The notes under the pieces are model-generated. The model ran no database searches. It was not told the DNA's origin and worked only from the letters and a program-made list of their open reading frames with translations. A DNA stretch of 64,000 nt, taken from NCBI GenBank assembly GCA_041665465.1, contig JBAYIU010000001.1, positions 1,406,260-1,470,259 of the forward strand, read 5' to 3'. The stretch comes from Candidatus Woesearchaeota archaeon (GTDB lineage Archaea > Nanobdellota > Nanobdellia > Woesearchaeales > GW2011-AR9). Below, one piece after another: positions 14,001 to 20,206 of the stretch. A program made the position numbers and the translations under genes. Position 1 is the stretch's first letter. Each line of letters begins with the position of its first letter.

Positions 14001-15179
14001 TCTGCATCTCAATTAAGTTATACCCTCTATCGTAACAATGTATCTACCCCTAACCCTGAAATTCTTTCCAATCTGTCTTACGGGACCAATTACACTTACC
14101 TCTTTAACACCAGCGGAAATGCCAATTACAGTGCTTCCTCGGTGTCTTACCAATTAGAAGTATTGTTGGGAGCGACTCAAGAATTAACCAATTCAACTGA
14201 TATTACTGTTACTAATACTACTACCGAAATTGTAATTCAGAATTCTAGTTTATCTCAAGTACGACTAAATTCTAGTATCGCTAGTACTACTCAAGTAAAT
14301 CTTTCTTTAGGTTTACTGATGGATCAGTCTACTGGAACTTTCAGTCTAGGAGAAAATAACTTCACCATGACTAGGGAAGTCTCTGGAGTGAACTATACTG
14401 TAGATATCCCGGCTAATACTAACTTGACTGGTGGAAGTGCTTGGGATGGTAAGTTTACTTTGCCCACTTTACCTGCTACTAGCGGATTTACTGCACCTTC
14501 TGGCAGTGTTAATTTAGTGATTGAAGTTGGTTCTACGGTGGAGATTAATCTCTCCGCTCCGGCAAAAATCGTTTTAAATGGAATGTCTGGAAAATCTGCA
14601 GGATGGTCCAGAAGTGGTACTATCACTGAGATAACCACTGTTTGTGATAATGCTACCTTGCCTACCAACATTAATACTACTAGTCCTAGAATCTGTTCTG
14701 TTGATAGTGGTAGTGATCTAATCGTTTGGACTTATCATTTCACTAACTTTGCTGCTTACACTCCCAGCGACGGATCTTCTAGTAGTTCTAGTAGCGGTGG
14801 AGGAAGTAGTAGTAGCAGCAGCACTCCCTCTTCTGCCCCAACAGAATACGCTACCGAGAACCCTGCTCCTAAATTGCCTTCAGTAACTAAAGCACCAACA
14901 GTGACTGCTCCGGTTGAAGTGCCAGTGGAAAATCCCGTTACGACTGTTCCTGAGACTGTTCCGGTTGAAGAGAATAAAGCTTTAGCGGGAATGGCTATCT
15001 CTGATCAACTTCGTTCAATCTTAACCGATTGGAGTAATTTATGGATTGGGTTAGTGGTGGTGGCTTTAATCGTTCTATCTCTATATCCTGTATTTAAGAG
15101 AGTTAAAAATAATCGTAACCGGGAAGAGATGCGAGAAGAATTAAGACAACAAGCGGCTAAGAAAATCAAACAGAAATAA
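2082..15179 (+). CDS. Giant (4365 aa) modular cell-surface protein: N-terminal signal/anchor helix, beta-helix-like Asn-rich repeats, lectin/LamG-like and Ig-like repeat modules, Ser/Thr/Pro-rich stalk, C-terminal TM helix with a basic cytoplasmic tail; saturated with N-x-S/T sequons (putative heavily N-glycosylated S-layer/adhesin-like protein)
   Basis: Single 13,098-nt ORF in AT-rich DNA (stop codons would be frequent by chance). AGGTG RBS 4 nt upstream. N-terminal 'LATLLVIFGILFSLQLY' helix. C-terminal 'SSSSSSSGGGSSSSSS...PTVTAPVEVPVENPVTTVPETVPV' stalk, then 'LWIGLVVVALIVLSLYPVF' and 'KRVKNNRNREEMREELRQQAAKKIKQK'. Modules recur 3-6 times. Confidence 0.88.
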   Translation: MKKKKKVVRKVHSKVRSKVGTQPSSPFLSVGLRGLATLLVIFGILFSLQLYSSESSLLKEGWTSLSQGFNGMGNLLTGAAVGVEEMQVQAGDCAGAYTGGNWTINSSVSCSNDVISVDGFVIIRNDSISPELVVNNFSLTTTGVYDLRGNSTNIVLAVPDLDSSTPSAYTNDWDANSGREFRIAMNESQNRIMVYVNNTDNSSFLYEFDLDDNPSTGGIVGAGDDFGIGYIGDFGGPLIGCYNSSDPQNNLILLSCDNSPLTCGNVDGYDGTFMGNFTVYCNNSGNAYEVVIDLTNASDGIWETKPVYALDPTDQSSPFYYTTFRNNSVLDSGINASGNLVLNNVTLNLENNFTISGGNLDIQKSNLTFRLTSNGSANFMISSGTAFANINHSAFTSNNSILRWKARITDGDYNLTNNVFSYVGYDNGDGIGYNYEVGFYFASPLGGLVYNNTFSNCGTIAEASCVSLVDGDGNSRNTGLNFSSNTIFSESAGLGTFYLSDYSNTSYTSGVFIGNNTFYGRFSVGGRNHIISGNYINKSLWLSSVEYNNTFINNEVRTELGFASINEQNTSYGSSIIIYSNGYGKMTWSGKDNIQMGLVSVDETFGLGNYFYVGNNLLGLNVGNGAGIDFSVLNTTASLEFYSLLWNNSVQLCVNNSGTLSGCVDCNSGNNCTYSNITGIMLANVTHFSNYSTNGSISVAESPAVTYLTNFTDTFTGTTINASRYTITQSGLNVSQSDKIIFNGSYEGATFFTNSFVDTNQSFVISINVAKFDQTEYVGILEDIGPLGGAPDDNEVGISIENDTTRILMCKLLKNDTGYFIEANGFTHPAETMQVNYTEGQLFSLNYSNIDGRYSCNYAGEMVSNTNSSAAGADFITFDAEAISQMNLQLDDLNFYYGTLVEEAPGSSYCGGAYTGGNWNINSSISCSNEAITVNGTLTVADNSVSANDVTNNFTSNSAANYNLRDNSTNIVLAVPDLDSSTPSAYTNDWDSNSSHEFRIAMNETQNRLIIFTNNTNNLDFAYSLNLDEGLSGGVFGPEYGDDFLVGYSGGPAIGCYNSSLLDLNVLPCDSSPVTCGNVSGYDSNYDGNFTVYCNNSGNAYEIVIDLANTGNGLWKNKPVYALDLNTSAFYYTTFRNSSILPVVAVGNLTLNNVTLNLQNNLTLSGGYLNIYDSNVTMMLTANNSANMDIRSSNVNLSGTTFSANNTNFKYIIAIQNGSYANNDFSDLALWVYPGTGGVFSNNVVSNCGGTPACIMAAIGYSNGFNFTGNNITATSGTAWATMVAGNNYTFSNNNIYGSASLFYGNVSVSNNLFNRSLSSTKEYGIDMIIFTNNIIFPGINSQLMGDWNDTLPDTFIYSNNYGKITWNLSNYTTPEPNPSSFGLGYNLYLNNNIVGVNAQLSLINFNTTASIEFYGLPWNNSVQLCNNISGTLSGCVDCNSGNNCTYSNITGIMLANVTHFSNYSTNGSTGVAEVGVSYCSGAYTGGNWNVSSSINCSNEVIPVNGIITVQDLSETAVTQFGASTGGIYDLRNNSTGVFDTDLSSSTPSAYTTDWDSDSNRVFKIAMNESSDTIQVYGSLPNVTALYSFDLDNNAATGTSVGGSGSSGMDLTFGYHADAGGVLMACYNSSVPGMYLTWFAASGSIVCGQTMDVGYDRNYTITFNSTASGGGNTFEFIINSTGSWTDKRVELMDGGNAYYYYTKFKTSGAVAGGRGNLTLNNVTLTLSGNLTINGILNVNRSFLYFGSNNTLFTSNIGASILINNSNVTSNGSIRYGIRSLGSDFTLENSYLNDLGAVVSSMTYPLKMEGTGGMIKNLSLGANQKMYGVQIAGSGISVLNSTFSGSANTINLLAGSYNNIIRGNNLSTGISYLNGGSSYNNLIAENTIAGVGNILIGQTSPAHLPYNNTYLNNNIQQVITTYVVNYTNYFIYNNSYGQIKWTKNNFSSSFGGNAVLVLDQTVFVRSNLLGVTPNMYMGNFNTTAELTFRNLLWNNSVQLCENVSGTLSGCVDCNSSNSCTYSNITGIMLANVTHFSNYSTNGSISVAGGLINNISVVKYAVNSTVNCDSNVTSYALFIINVTNNNAYNLTNIIVNDTPLCTNGLSLQQSLPIYTNFSSCNYASWTIANLGPGETYNITLNFSVSSSGNLTNTVQVWNATSQLVNTTGNITVTGSCGGESPGSNFLSNFVDTFDGATINTSVYNVTTVGNISISQNNKLVINGSSGYSFAATNSYVNVSNNFSVSVKVSKFDNTTYGILAGDPYSNFGVFISSFSGSSISSNFVRCNIAMNSSGYFLNVPNPGNTVPVSYVENATLTLNYHANNYTCDCTYGGQTISCGNESLPSTDYSILLFGGLISVSNLQFDDLNLTYNPVAAAETPAGPGLTIYNNGFFENFTSLNSTFYNNTLMIFSNPSIINGQLMMNKTTFEGTGQDYFYTTVDNVSTNSSWNISVWINLTNTTTNAQGSYLIEAGILIYNRTTYSSSLACEVGYGNGIGLILANYNNTHSSAPTYTSVSRSYGNLTYSYNNATGIFNCSLDDGTSVAGSTGSFGPGMGMGVVSQLSQIGAVAPNGSVTAYFDNFNYTYAVAATPAVTYLSNFTDDFAGTTLNTSRYTLDVGGTLGIAQNETVIVNGTDTGADSFAGTYTNLGVNTSRSFYVSVGVLNLTNTSAITSPNGYADVSLSLTDVGLDFLNFAVCKVRVKPTGIYLEDDNVQSVPISATNGTLVLSFNASNLNYTCAFAGDSLTSANLSGLGGNNSLDLVAEALNTSVWAEIDNLEFAYGVYSAPVETPAVTYLSNFTDSFTGVTINTSRYILDEGGNLSMAQNGTLVVNGTDSGFDSWEGVYTNLGVNTSDSFYISVDVNLTNTSAITNASGATRAYISLADVATELDFAMCVIYISPAEVALQDGEGGGHAMPLSITNGTLVMAFNVSSMNYSCQFAGQNLTHANLSSPSGNYSLFLESDALYTSTWAEMDNLEFAYGVYSAPVAETPAVTYLSNFNDTFDGATINTSRYTVISDGNTTLSQNNKVIINGTSGRPMMGMNSAVNISNNFSVSVKVSKFDNTTYSIMGADPYSSFGLYIGNFSNSSYDKGFVRCKLAMNSSGYFLNHPNSGNTVPVSYVENGTLTLTYYANNYSNSCNYDGKNVSGINESSSSGVYSIIMNAQPLSLINLQFDDLNLTYNPVAATPASDNSPNVTLANPENNYVNDSASRINITFECDATDDYQLVNVSLYLTNPANASFALNQTTNVGGTSNSTSWLVELGNGNYTWGCLAFDNASQSSFSTLNHSILINHTVSISDTTYPTVTLISPASSSYTNANNSTLPFVFGYQDSNDATANCTLYLNGVARGNNASTRNNTNTNLYSSTTFSEGSNSWYVNCTDAAGNTNGTSTWTFIADTINPTASINSINTQYSGQWTNTQTLSINATASDVNINYWNLSVYNSNSLITSNQTSGSNLNNLVTLSVSADGNYTVNLTVTDQVNNSNTSTFNLLVDTFAPTVNLTTPPTNVLVSLASITSTFNFTDASSSSANCTLYVGGIVKATNSSVLNYTNTVLTGSSLSEGNNSWYVNCTDLASNTGISEVRVIRVDTTTPSVSGASVNVSRAKSSTLVGINVTVTDTNLAWVKANGINMSASGSDMYNLSATASTLGCSEGTCTITIIANDSARNANSSVTTSYVVDDTAPALFSNSTSIATGSVYNASSTYYFNVTWNETGTISSPLLEFNSANYTMTTVGSGVYYYTFTDLATSTYSYKFIAIDDSGNSNETASYTYVVAQATPSITALLNGTAANLSVAYPNTVNASGSTDAGTLAIYRNGTSVTNGAASLLTVGSYRYDFNVTGNQNYTNASATLYATVTKGTPVLTYYLNGNTTNLSVVYPNTVNATASTTAGTLTIYRNETNVTSENGAATSLAVGYYQYDFNISGGENYTDTSTTLYANVTIGTPTLSLYLNGAENNMSVNYGTKVNVTGTGSASQLSYTLYRNNVSTPNPEILSNLSYGTNYTYLFNTSGNANYSASSVSYQLEVLLGATQELTNSTDITVTNTTTEIVIQNSSLSQVRLNSSIASTTQVNLSLGLLMDQSTGTFSLGENNFTMTREVSGVNYTVDIPANTNLTGGSAWDGKFTLPTLPATSGFTAPSGSVNLVIEVGSTVEINLSAPAKIVLNGMSGKSAGWSRSGTITEITTVCDNATLPTNINTTSPRICSVDSGSDLIVWTYHFTNFAAYTPSDGSSSSSSSGGGSSSSSSTPSSAPTEYATENPAPKLPSVTKAPTVTAPVEVPVENPVTTVPETVPVEENKALAGMAISDQLRSILTDWSNLWIGLVVVALIVLSLYPVFKRVKNNRNREEMREELRQQAAKKIKQK
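2529..2602 (+). repeat. 74-nt segment of the giant gene identical to 4980..5053 (codes LAVPDLDSSTPSAYTNDWD)
   Basis: Both copies read directly; perfect nucleotide identity. Confidence 0.85.
4015..4169 (+). repeat. About 155-nt near-identical intragenic module (WNNSVQLC..SGTLSGCVDCNSGNNCTYSNITGIMLANVTHFSNYSTNGS), copy 1 of 3; other copies about 6335..6489 and 8055..8216
   Basis: Near-identical nucleotide strings at three positions in the giant ORF. Confidence 0.8.
4980..5053 (+). repeat. Second copy of the 74-nt identical intragenic repeat (see 2529..2602)
   Basis: Direct comparison of the two segments. Confidence 0.85.
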
Positions 15180-15182
15180 TGT

Positions 15183-16910
15183 TTATATCTTTTTAATCAT
15201 GTAAGGTCCTTCTAAGCGATACCCTAACTTTCTGTAATAATTACGAACACCTATTCCGGAAATAATTACCATTCTAGTCTTAGAATATTTTCTAGCTATC
15301 TCTTCTGCTGTTTTCATCAACTTTTTACCCCATCCTCGATGTTGGACGGTTCCTTCTTCTCCGATAGCGGTAGCTGTGCCATACACATGTAATTCTCTGA
15401 TTAATGCAGAATTCTTAGTAATCTCTTTTCTTAACAAAGTTGAAGGGAAACGCATTCTGATAAATCCAATTAGTAAATCATTCTTGATGTCTTCTGCAGA
15501 AATGAAGAACTCTTCTCCTTGAGAGGCATCATATTCATTTACTTTAATCTTAATATCTTTCCACGAAATCTTATGTCCTTTTGGTTCTCGGCAACGGATA
15601 CAACGACAATTTACAGGATAGGTCTGATGCAGATATTGACGTAGATTGGTCATCTTTACTCCCGCTACGATCTGGGTGGAAGGAATGTCTCGCTGGATGC
15701 GCATGATTCTACAATATTCCGGAACGTACTTCTTAAACTTAAAGATCATCTCTGCTGCATCTTCTGCAACTAATGGTTTAAACTTCCCTTGTTGATATTC
15801 CTTATATAATTTGGTTCCTTTAGCTACCATGCATGGATATATCTTCAACATATCAGGACGATAGTTTTGGTCAGAGAATAGTCTAATCATCCCTTTAAGA
15901 TCTTCCTCTTTACTTAATCCAGGAAGTCCAGGCATATAATGTCCTGCAACTTTAAATCCGAGATCTTTCAATATTTGGATAGATTGTTGAGTCTGTAAGG
16001 TGGTATGTCCGCGTTGAATCCGCTGAAGAGTCTTATCATATACACTTTGTATCCCTAACTCTACTCTGGTACAACCCAGACGAAGCATTTCATTGCCTTG
16101 AATTAATAGTCCATAATCCGGGCGAGTCTCAATACATAAAGCCACTGCTTTGATGGTTGAAGTCTCGTTTCTCTTTTGTTCTTTGATCAAAGAAGAACGT
16201 CCTTTCAGAGCTAACATCTTTTTCTTTACTCTTTTAATCCTGGTTGTATCATTAGGCGGTGCAGGAAGTTCAAAGAACTGTTTGAATTTAAGATAATTTA
16301 ATTCTCCTCGATAATAAAATTGTTGAGAGAAATCGTTCATGGCCTTGAATGCAAATTTAATAAACTTTTCTTGATATGGTTTAGGAAAACTTGGAAAGGT
16401 TCCACCCATAACTATCAGTTCTACTTTTTCGCAGTTGTGTCCCAACAAAATGTATTGTTCTAATCGGTTCATCACTTGCAGGTATGGATCATAATCATTA
16501 TGGATTCCGCGCATGGTAGCGGGTTCAGTTCCGGTATAGGATTGAGGAACGTTGCCGAAAGCACTTTTTACTCCTCCTGGACACATGATACATTTTCCGT
16601 GAGGACAAGGGAAAGGTTGGGTCATAATAGCGACGGGAGCTACTCCGGAAAGACTTCTTACTGGTTTACTTAGCAAGAAAGGTCTTAGTTTTACTGCTTC
16701 TTGTTTATTAGCATGTAGAAGAATCTGGATATTAGTGGGCACTTCTTTTAAATTATATTTTCTGGATAGGTCTCTCTTAATCTGATCGAACTCTTTTAGA
16801 GATAGGTTTCTTCTAAGTAGGATCTTAAGTAGTTCGGGGTAAAATTCAGACATGAGTAGTAGAAAAGATAGTTTGAATAAAAGGTTTTCTGTGGTTAGAC
16901 AAAATTTCAT
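15183..16910 (-). CDS. elp3: Elongator Elp3 homolog (radical SAM plus GNAT acetyltransferase; tRNA wobble-uridine modification)
   Basis: 'CPHGKCIMCPGG...SYTGTEPATMRGIHNDYDPY' matches the Elp3 radical-SAM region. C-terminal GNAT 'QHRGWGKKLMKTAEEIA'. True start may be the internal Met (MSEFYPELL, 16853). Converges with the giant gene, stop to stop 3 nt apart. Confidence 0.9.
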   Translation of the reverse strand: MKFCLTTENLLFKLSFLLLMSEFYPELLKILLRRNLSLKEFDQIKRDLSRKYNLKEVPTNIQILLHANKQEAVKLRPFLLSKPVRSLSGVAPVAIMTQPFPCPHGKCIMCPGGVKSAFGNVPQSYTGTEPATMRGIHNDYDPYLQVMNRLEQYILLGHNCEKVELIVMGGTFPSFPKPYQEKFIKFAFKAMNDFSQQFYYRGELNYLKFKQFFELPAPPNDTTRIKRVKKKMLALKGRSSLIKEQKRNETSTIKAVALCIETRPDYGLLIQGNEMLRLGCTRVELGIQSVYDKTLQRIQRGHTTLQTQQSIQILKDLGFKVAGHYMPGLPGLSKEEDLKGMIRLFSDQNYRPDMLKIYPCMVAKGTKLYKEYQQGKFKPLVAEDAAEMIFKFKKYVPEYCRIMRIQRDIPSTQIVAGVKMTNLRQYLHQTYPVNCRCIRCREPKGHKISWKDIKIKVNEYDASQGEEFFISAEDIKNDLLIGFIRMRFPSTLLRKEITKNSALIRELHVYGTATAIGEEGTVQHRGWGKKLMKTAEEIARKYSKTRMVIISGIGVRNYYRKLGYRLEGPYMIKKI

Positions 16911-16939
16911 AAATTTTTATAAAAAAGAGCCTCTTAAAT

Positions 16940-17635
16940 ATGCTTATGGATAAGGTTTATTATATTGAAGATTACTTTATGTCTGGTATTATCTCTTTCT
17001 TAAAGGGACAAGGGTTTGCTAAAATTAATTTTGTTCCTTTGAACATTCCTTCTGATCCAAGAGAAGCTTTCGGGAAGAAAGTCAATTTTGCCATAGAGGA
17101 AGAATCTGCAGTATTGATTTGGGGAGACGGTTCTTTTCATCAGGCTAGTTATTATTTTAGTCCTTCGCAACCGTATTGTAAATCGGTTGATGATGCTCAT
17201 CATGATTTTAAAGAATGTTATGAAAGTATTTCTTGTGCTAGTCATAATTTGGCCTTAATCAGAAATGATCCTCTTTTACAGGAATTAGAATTGTTAGGAG
17301 TAACTGAGGAAGATTCTCAACTTAATTCTTCTTCAAAAGTGAGGATTTGTTCCAGCTTAGGTTCAAACTTTTCTCGCAGATTAGTCCATAAGAGTATAGA
17401 TTTAGATGTGATTTTTGGGTATCCTTGTTCAGAAAGTTATGCTTCAGGAAGGTTTACTTTTCCAGCAGTAATGAGTGCGTTTGAAGAAATTCTTAGAAAT
17501 AATGACCTTAGTCGGTTAGATCTGGGTGGGTTAAGTAAATATGCTAAGGATAGTTTAATTCCTTTAATTCATAAGGGTTATGGGATGAGGGAATATCGAG
17601 ACCTGCTTACCTTATTTTTCGACTATCGTCATTAG
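16940..17635 (+). CDS. Arginase/agmatinase (ureohydrolase)-fold protein, short and with altered metal-binding motifs
   Basis: 'LIWGDGSFHQ' (compare GGDHS), 'SVDDAHHD' (DAHxD), 'SIDLDVIFGYP' (SxDxDxxDP). Only 231 aa. Confidence 0.4.
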   Translation: MLMDKVYYIEDYFMSGIISFLKGQGFAKINFVPLNIPSDPREAFGKKVNFAIEEESAVLIWGDGSFHQASYYFSPSQPYCKSVDDAHHDFKECYESISCASHNLALIRNDPLLQELELLGVTEEDSQLNSSSKVRICSSLGSNFSRRLVHKSIDLDVIFGYPCSESYASGRFTFPAVMSAFEEILRNNDLSRLDLGGLSKYAKDSLIPLIHKGYGMREYRDLLTLFFDYRH

Positions 17636-17694
17636 TGCTGGGTATTCAAACCATACCGTAATATTTATAAATAAACTGTGGAATTAAAGTTAAC

Positions 17695-17988
17695 ATGGCA
17701 AACAGAGTAGGTTCATTTTTAAGAAAGACTAGGCAAAAGATGCGCTTAGGTTACAAGGAAAAGGGAAAAATCTCTTTAAGTAAATACTTCCAAGAATTCA
17801 AAGAAGGCGAAAAAGTTGCTTTAAAGAATCATTCTTGCGTATTAAAAGGACGCTTCTTCCCTCGTTTTCAAGGCATCACTGGAACTATCGCTGAGAAAAG
17901 AGGTAGCTGTTATGCTGTGGTCTTTCATGATCACGATAAACTGAAGAAAGTGTTCGTTCATCCTATTCATCTAAAAAAACAGGAGTAA
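17695..17988 (+). CDS. rpl21e: Ribosomal protein L21e
   Basis: 'RKTRQKMRLGYKEKGKISLSKYFQEFKEGEKVAL...GITGTI' is L21e-like. Sits in the conserved archaeal L21e-RpoF-DUF655 arrangement. Confidence 0.8.
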   Translation: MANRVGSFLRKTRQKMRLGYKEKGKISLSKYFQEFKEGEKVALKNHSCVLKGRFFPRFQGITGTIAEKRGSCYAVVFHDHDKLKKVFVHPIHLKKQE

Positions 17989-17994
17989 ATTCAT

Positions 17995-18345
17995 ATGCCT
18001 AACCCCCAATTAGTAGAACAAAAATCTTTATCTTTAAGTGAGGTAAAAGTAATCTTACAAGATGCTGAGAAAAGGGATGGTCAACTAAATTATCTTTCTA
18101 CTAAATCCAAAGAGTACTTAGAGACTTTTATTCCTTTATCCCCTGCTAAGAGAGAAGACTTGATTAAGAAGTTGGGAGAACTAGGAGTAACTAGGTTAAG
18201 GGACGAGATTGTAGCTAAAATTGCTGATTTCTTACCAAAAACCGCTAATGATCTTAAAGTAGTATTACAGGCTTACACCATGACTCTGTCTAAGAAGGAT
18301 CAGGACAGTATCTTAGAAGTAGTTGCCAAGTTTGTTAAAGAATAA
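17995..18345 (+). CDS. rpoF: RNA polymerase subunit Rpo4/RpoF (Rpb4 homolog)
   Basis: Size, helical profile, 'IADFLPKTANDLKVVL' region and conserved position downstream of rpl21e. Confidence 0.65.
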   Translation: MPNPQLVEQKSLSLSEVKVILQDAEKRDGQLNYLSTKSKEYLETFIPLSPAKREDLIKKLGELGVTRLRDEIVAKIADFLPKTANDLKVVLQAYTMTLSKKDQDSILEVVAKFVKE

Positions 18346-18490
18346 GAAAAATGAAAAAACATTTTTCAATTATAAATAAAGGTAAAATACTTTATTTAAA
18401 ATAAGAAAAAGGGGGAAAAGGTATTCTATAGCTAAATATAGGTTTAGAAAGCGCAATTTTTATTAATCCCAACAGAATACTTATCTATAT

Positions 18491-19051
18491 ATGGACCAAA
18501 ATAAACCGATTGAACGAGAAGAGAAGGCTATTGTGCTTGATTATCTAGAGCATGGATACCCATTTGATGATGGGGCTATGAAGACACCTATAGTACAAGC
18601 TCTTGGTTTAGTTCATCTTACTGTTCTTGAACTTATCCCAAAAAGAGGAATCGCTCTACAGCCGTTGCAGGAAGTGTACATTGGCGAAGGTAGACGGGAT
18701 GAGATTCATCATATTAAAGGCAGAATCGGGGTTGAGAAGCTTACGGGTACAGCCAGAAATGAACTCCCTCATGCCATAGAAGCCGTGATTGATATGGACG
18801 AGAAGCGTTTTGTTGAATTCTTCAATAAAGCTCAGCCCTTAAGTATGAGAATGCACCAACTAGAATTAATTCCCGGATTTGGAAAGAAACATATGTGGGA
18901 AGTATTAGAAGCTAGAAAAGTTAAACCTTTTGAGAGTTTGGAAGACTTGAAAGAAAGGGTTAAACTATTACCTGATCCCAAAGCAGCAGTGGTTAAAAGA
19001 ATCGTTTCTGAGCTAGAGGGTAAAGAGAAGTATCATCTGTTTACTAGTTAG
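18491..19051 (+). CDS. DUF655-family putative RNA/nucleic-acid-binding protein (conserved archaeal partner of L21e/RpoF)
   Basis: 'KAIVLDYLEHGYP...' N-terminal OB-like region and C-terminal HhH-like 'LELIPGFGKKHMWEVLEAR'. Position in the cluster. Confidence 0.65.
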   Translation: MDQNKPIEREEKAIVLDYLEHGYPFDDGAMKTPIVQALGLVHLTVLELIPKRGIALQPLQEVYIGEGRRDEIHHIKGRIGVEKLTGTARNELPHAIEAVIDMDEKRFVEFFNKAQPLSMRMHQLELIPGFGKKHMWEVLEARKVKPFESLEDLKERVKLLPDPKAAVVKRIVSELEGKEKYHLFTS

Positions 19052-19111
19052 TTATTTCTTTTATTATAGAAATGTTTATATCTTTCACTTTTTTAATGTC
19101 TCAATACAGAG

Positions 19112-19297
19112 GTGATTAATATGGTAAGAACAGCATCTGGTGTTGTAAAAAGCGTTTTAACACATGGTTCAGATAATTATATGGTTGTAGTCGAGATAGT
19201 TGGTGGAGGAACGCTTTCAATCGATTGCGACATGGAAGCCTATTCTAAATTAGTAGGGATTAGGAAAGGAACTAAAATTGAAATATTGTTAAGTTAA
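19112..19297 (+). CDS. Small hypothetical protein (61 aa)
   Basis: ORF only. Confidence 0.25.
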   Translation: MINMVRTASGVVKSVLTHGSDNYMVVVEIVGGGTLSIDCDMEAYSKLVGIRKGTKIEILLS

Positions 19298-19396
19298 TCT
19301 TAACGATTATTTTTTCATTTCTTTGCTATTTTCCAGAATGTCTCAAAATACTTCTTAAATGACTTAGTCGCTTCTTCGTTTTCTAACAGAAATAAC

Positions 19397-19795
19397 TTAC
19401 CACCAGAACTGCCACTTCTGATCCTTCTTCTTTTCCTTTACTAGATCATGCATGCCTGCTTTTTCTGCTTCACGCAATAAATGTCGAGCAACTCTTTTAA
19501 TCCTTAGTCCATCAATATCTACATCATTCTGATGGTCTTCATACTGAAACAACAATTTATCCATAAGTTTAGCTTGAGCATCAATATTAATCTGGACCAC
19601 TCCTTGGGTAGCCACTTGACGTTCTCTTTCTAACTCTTCTAAATCTCCCAGTTGTTTCAGAAGTAGTTCTGTATCTTTCTTAGATTGGATTAAAGATTCA
19701 GCAATAGCTTGAATGTCAGTAAGTGCATCCACCTGCTTTTCGTGATGTTCTTTCTTAAACAGCTTCTTCCACCAACTCTTTTCGTACAAAGGCAT
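19397..19795 (-). CDS. Hypothetical coiled-coil protein
   Basis: ORF; charged heptad-like sequence. Confidence 0.3.
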   Translation of the reverse strand: MPLYEKSWWKKLFKKEHHEKQVDALTDIQAIAESLIQSKKDTELLLKQLGDLEELERERQVATQGVVQINIDAQAKLMDKLLFQYEDHQNDVDIDGLRIKRVARHLLREAEKAGMHDLVKEKKKDQKWQFWW

Positions 19796-19862
19796 AATAA
19801 GGAGTAAAATTTACGGGATTATAAAGGTTTTTGTTGATTTCGCGGTTGTTTAACTTAAATCT

Positions 19863-20204
19863 CTAAAACTCTTCTTCACCTAAACTAAGAAGAACATTCT
19901 TTATCTCAGAAATCACTTTCTGTTGGTCTTTCTTCTCAGACATTCTTACAAACTTAATCAACAAGTTTTTGAGTTCTTCAGATTTAAGGAACTTTAATTT
20001 ATACCCATCAGTTATGAAGTAGAATCGGAACTTTTCGTATCTCATTTCTTTAAGGAGAATCTTTCCAACATGGCACAACTCCTTCCCTTTGTAGGGGTTT
20101 TCTTCTAATGTTTCTAACAAATCAAGAATCTTGTTTCCTTCAGCCTCACTAAATTTCTTTTTAATCTCTTCCACAAAATAATCAGTAAAGAGTACCTGAA
20201 CCAT
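19863..20204 (-). CDS. RelE/ParE-like type II toxin
   Basis: About 110 aa, 'KELCHVGKILLKEMRYEKFRFYFITDGYKLKFL' resembles the RelE/ParE core. 2-nt gap to the upstream small gene. Confidence 0.5.
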   Translation of the reverse strand: MVQVLFTDYFVEEIKKKFSEAEGNKILDLLETLEENPYKGKELCHVGKILLKEMRYEKFRFYFITDGYKLKFLKSEELKNLLIKFVRMSEKKDQQKVISEIKNVLLSLGEEEF

Positions 20205-20206
20205 AA

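Noticed and set aside
6444-14671. Six minus-strand ORFs (6444..6641, 7181..7369, 11244..11576, 12026..12307, 12731..13072, 14393..14671) inside the giant gene
   Set aside because: Low-complexity translations, antisense to a 13 kb continuous ORF; chance ORFs in repetitive Asn/Ser/Thr-coding DNA.
16476-17245. Short ORFs 16476..16673 (+) and 17000..17245 (-) overlapping elp3 and the arginase-like gene
   Set aside because: Embedded in other frames of better-supported genes.
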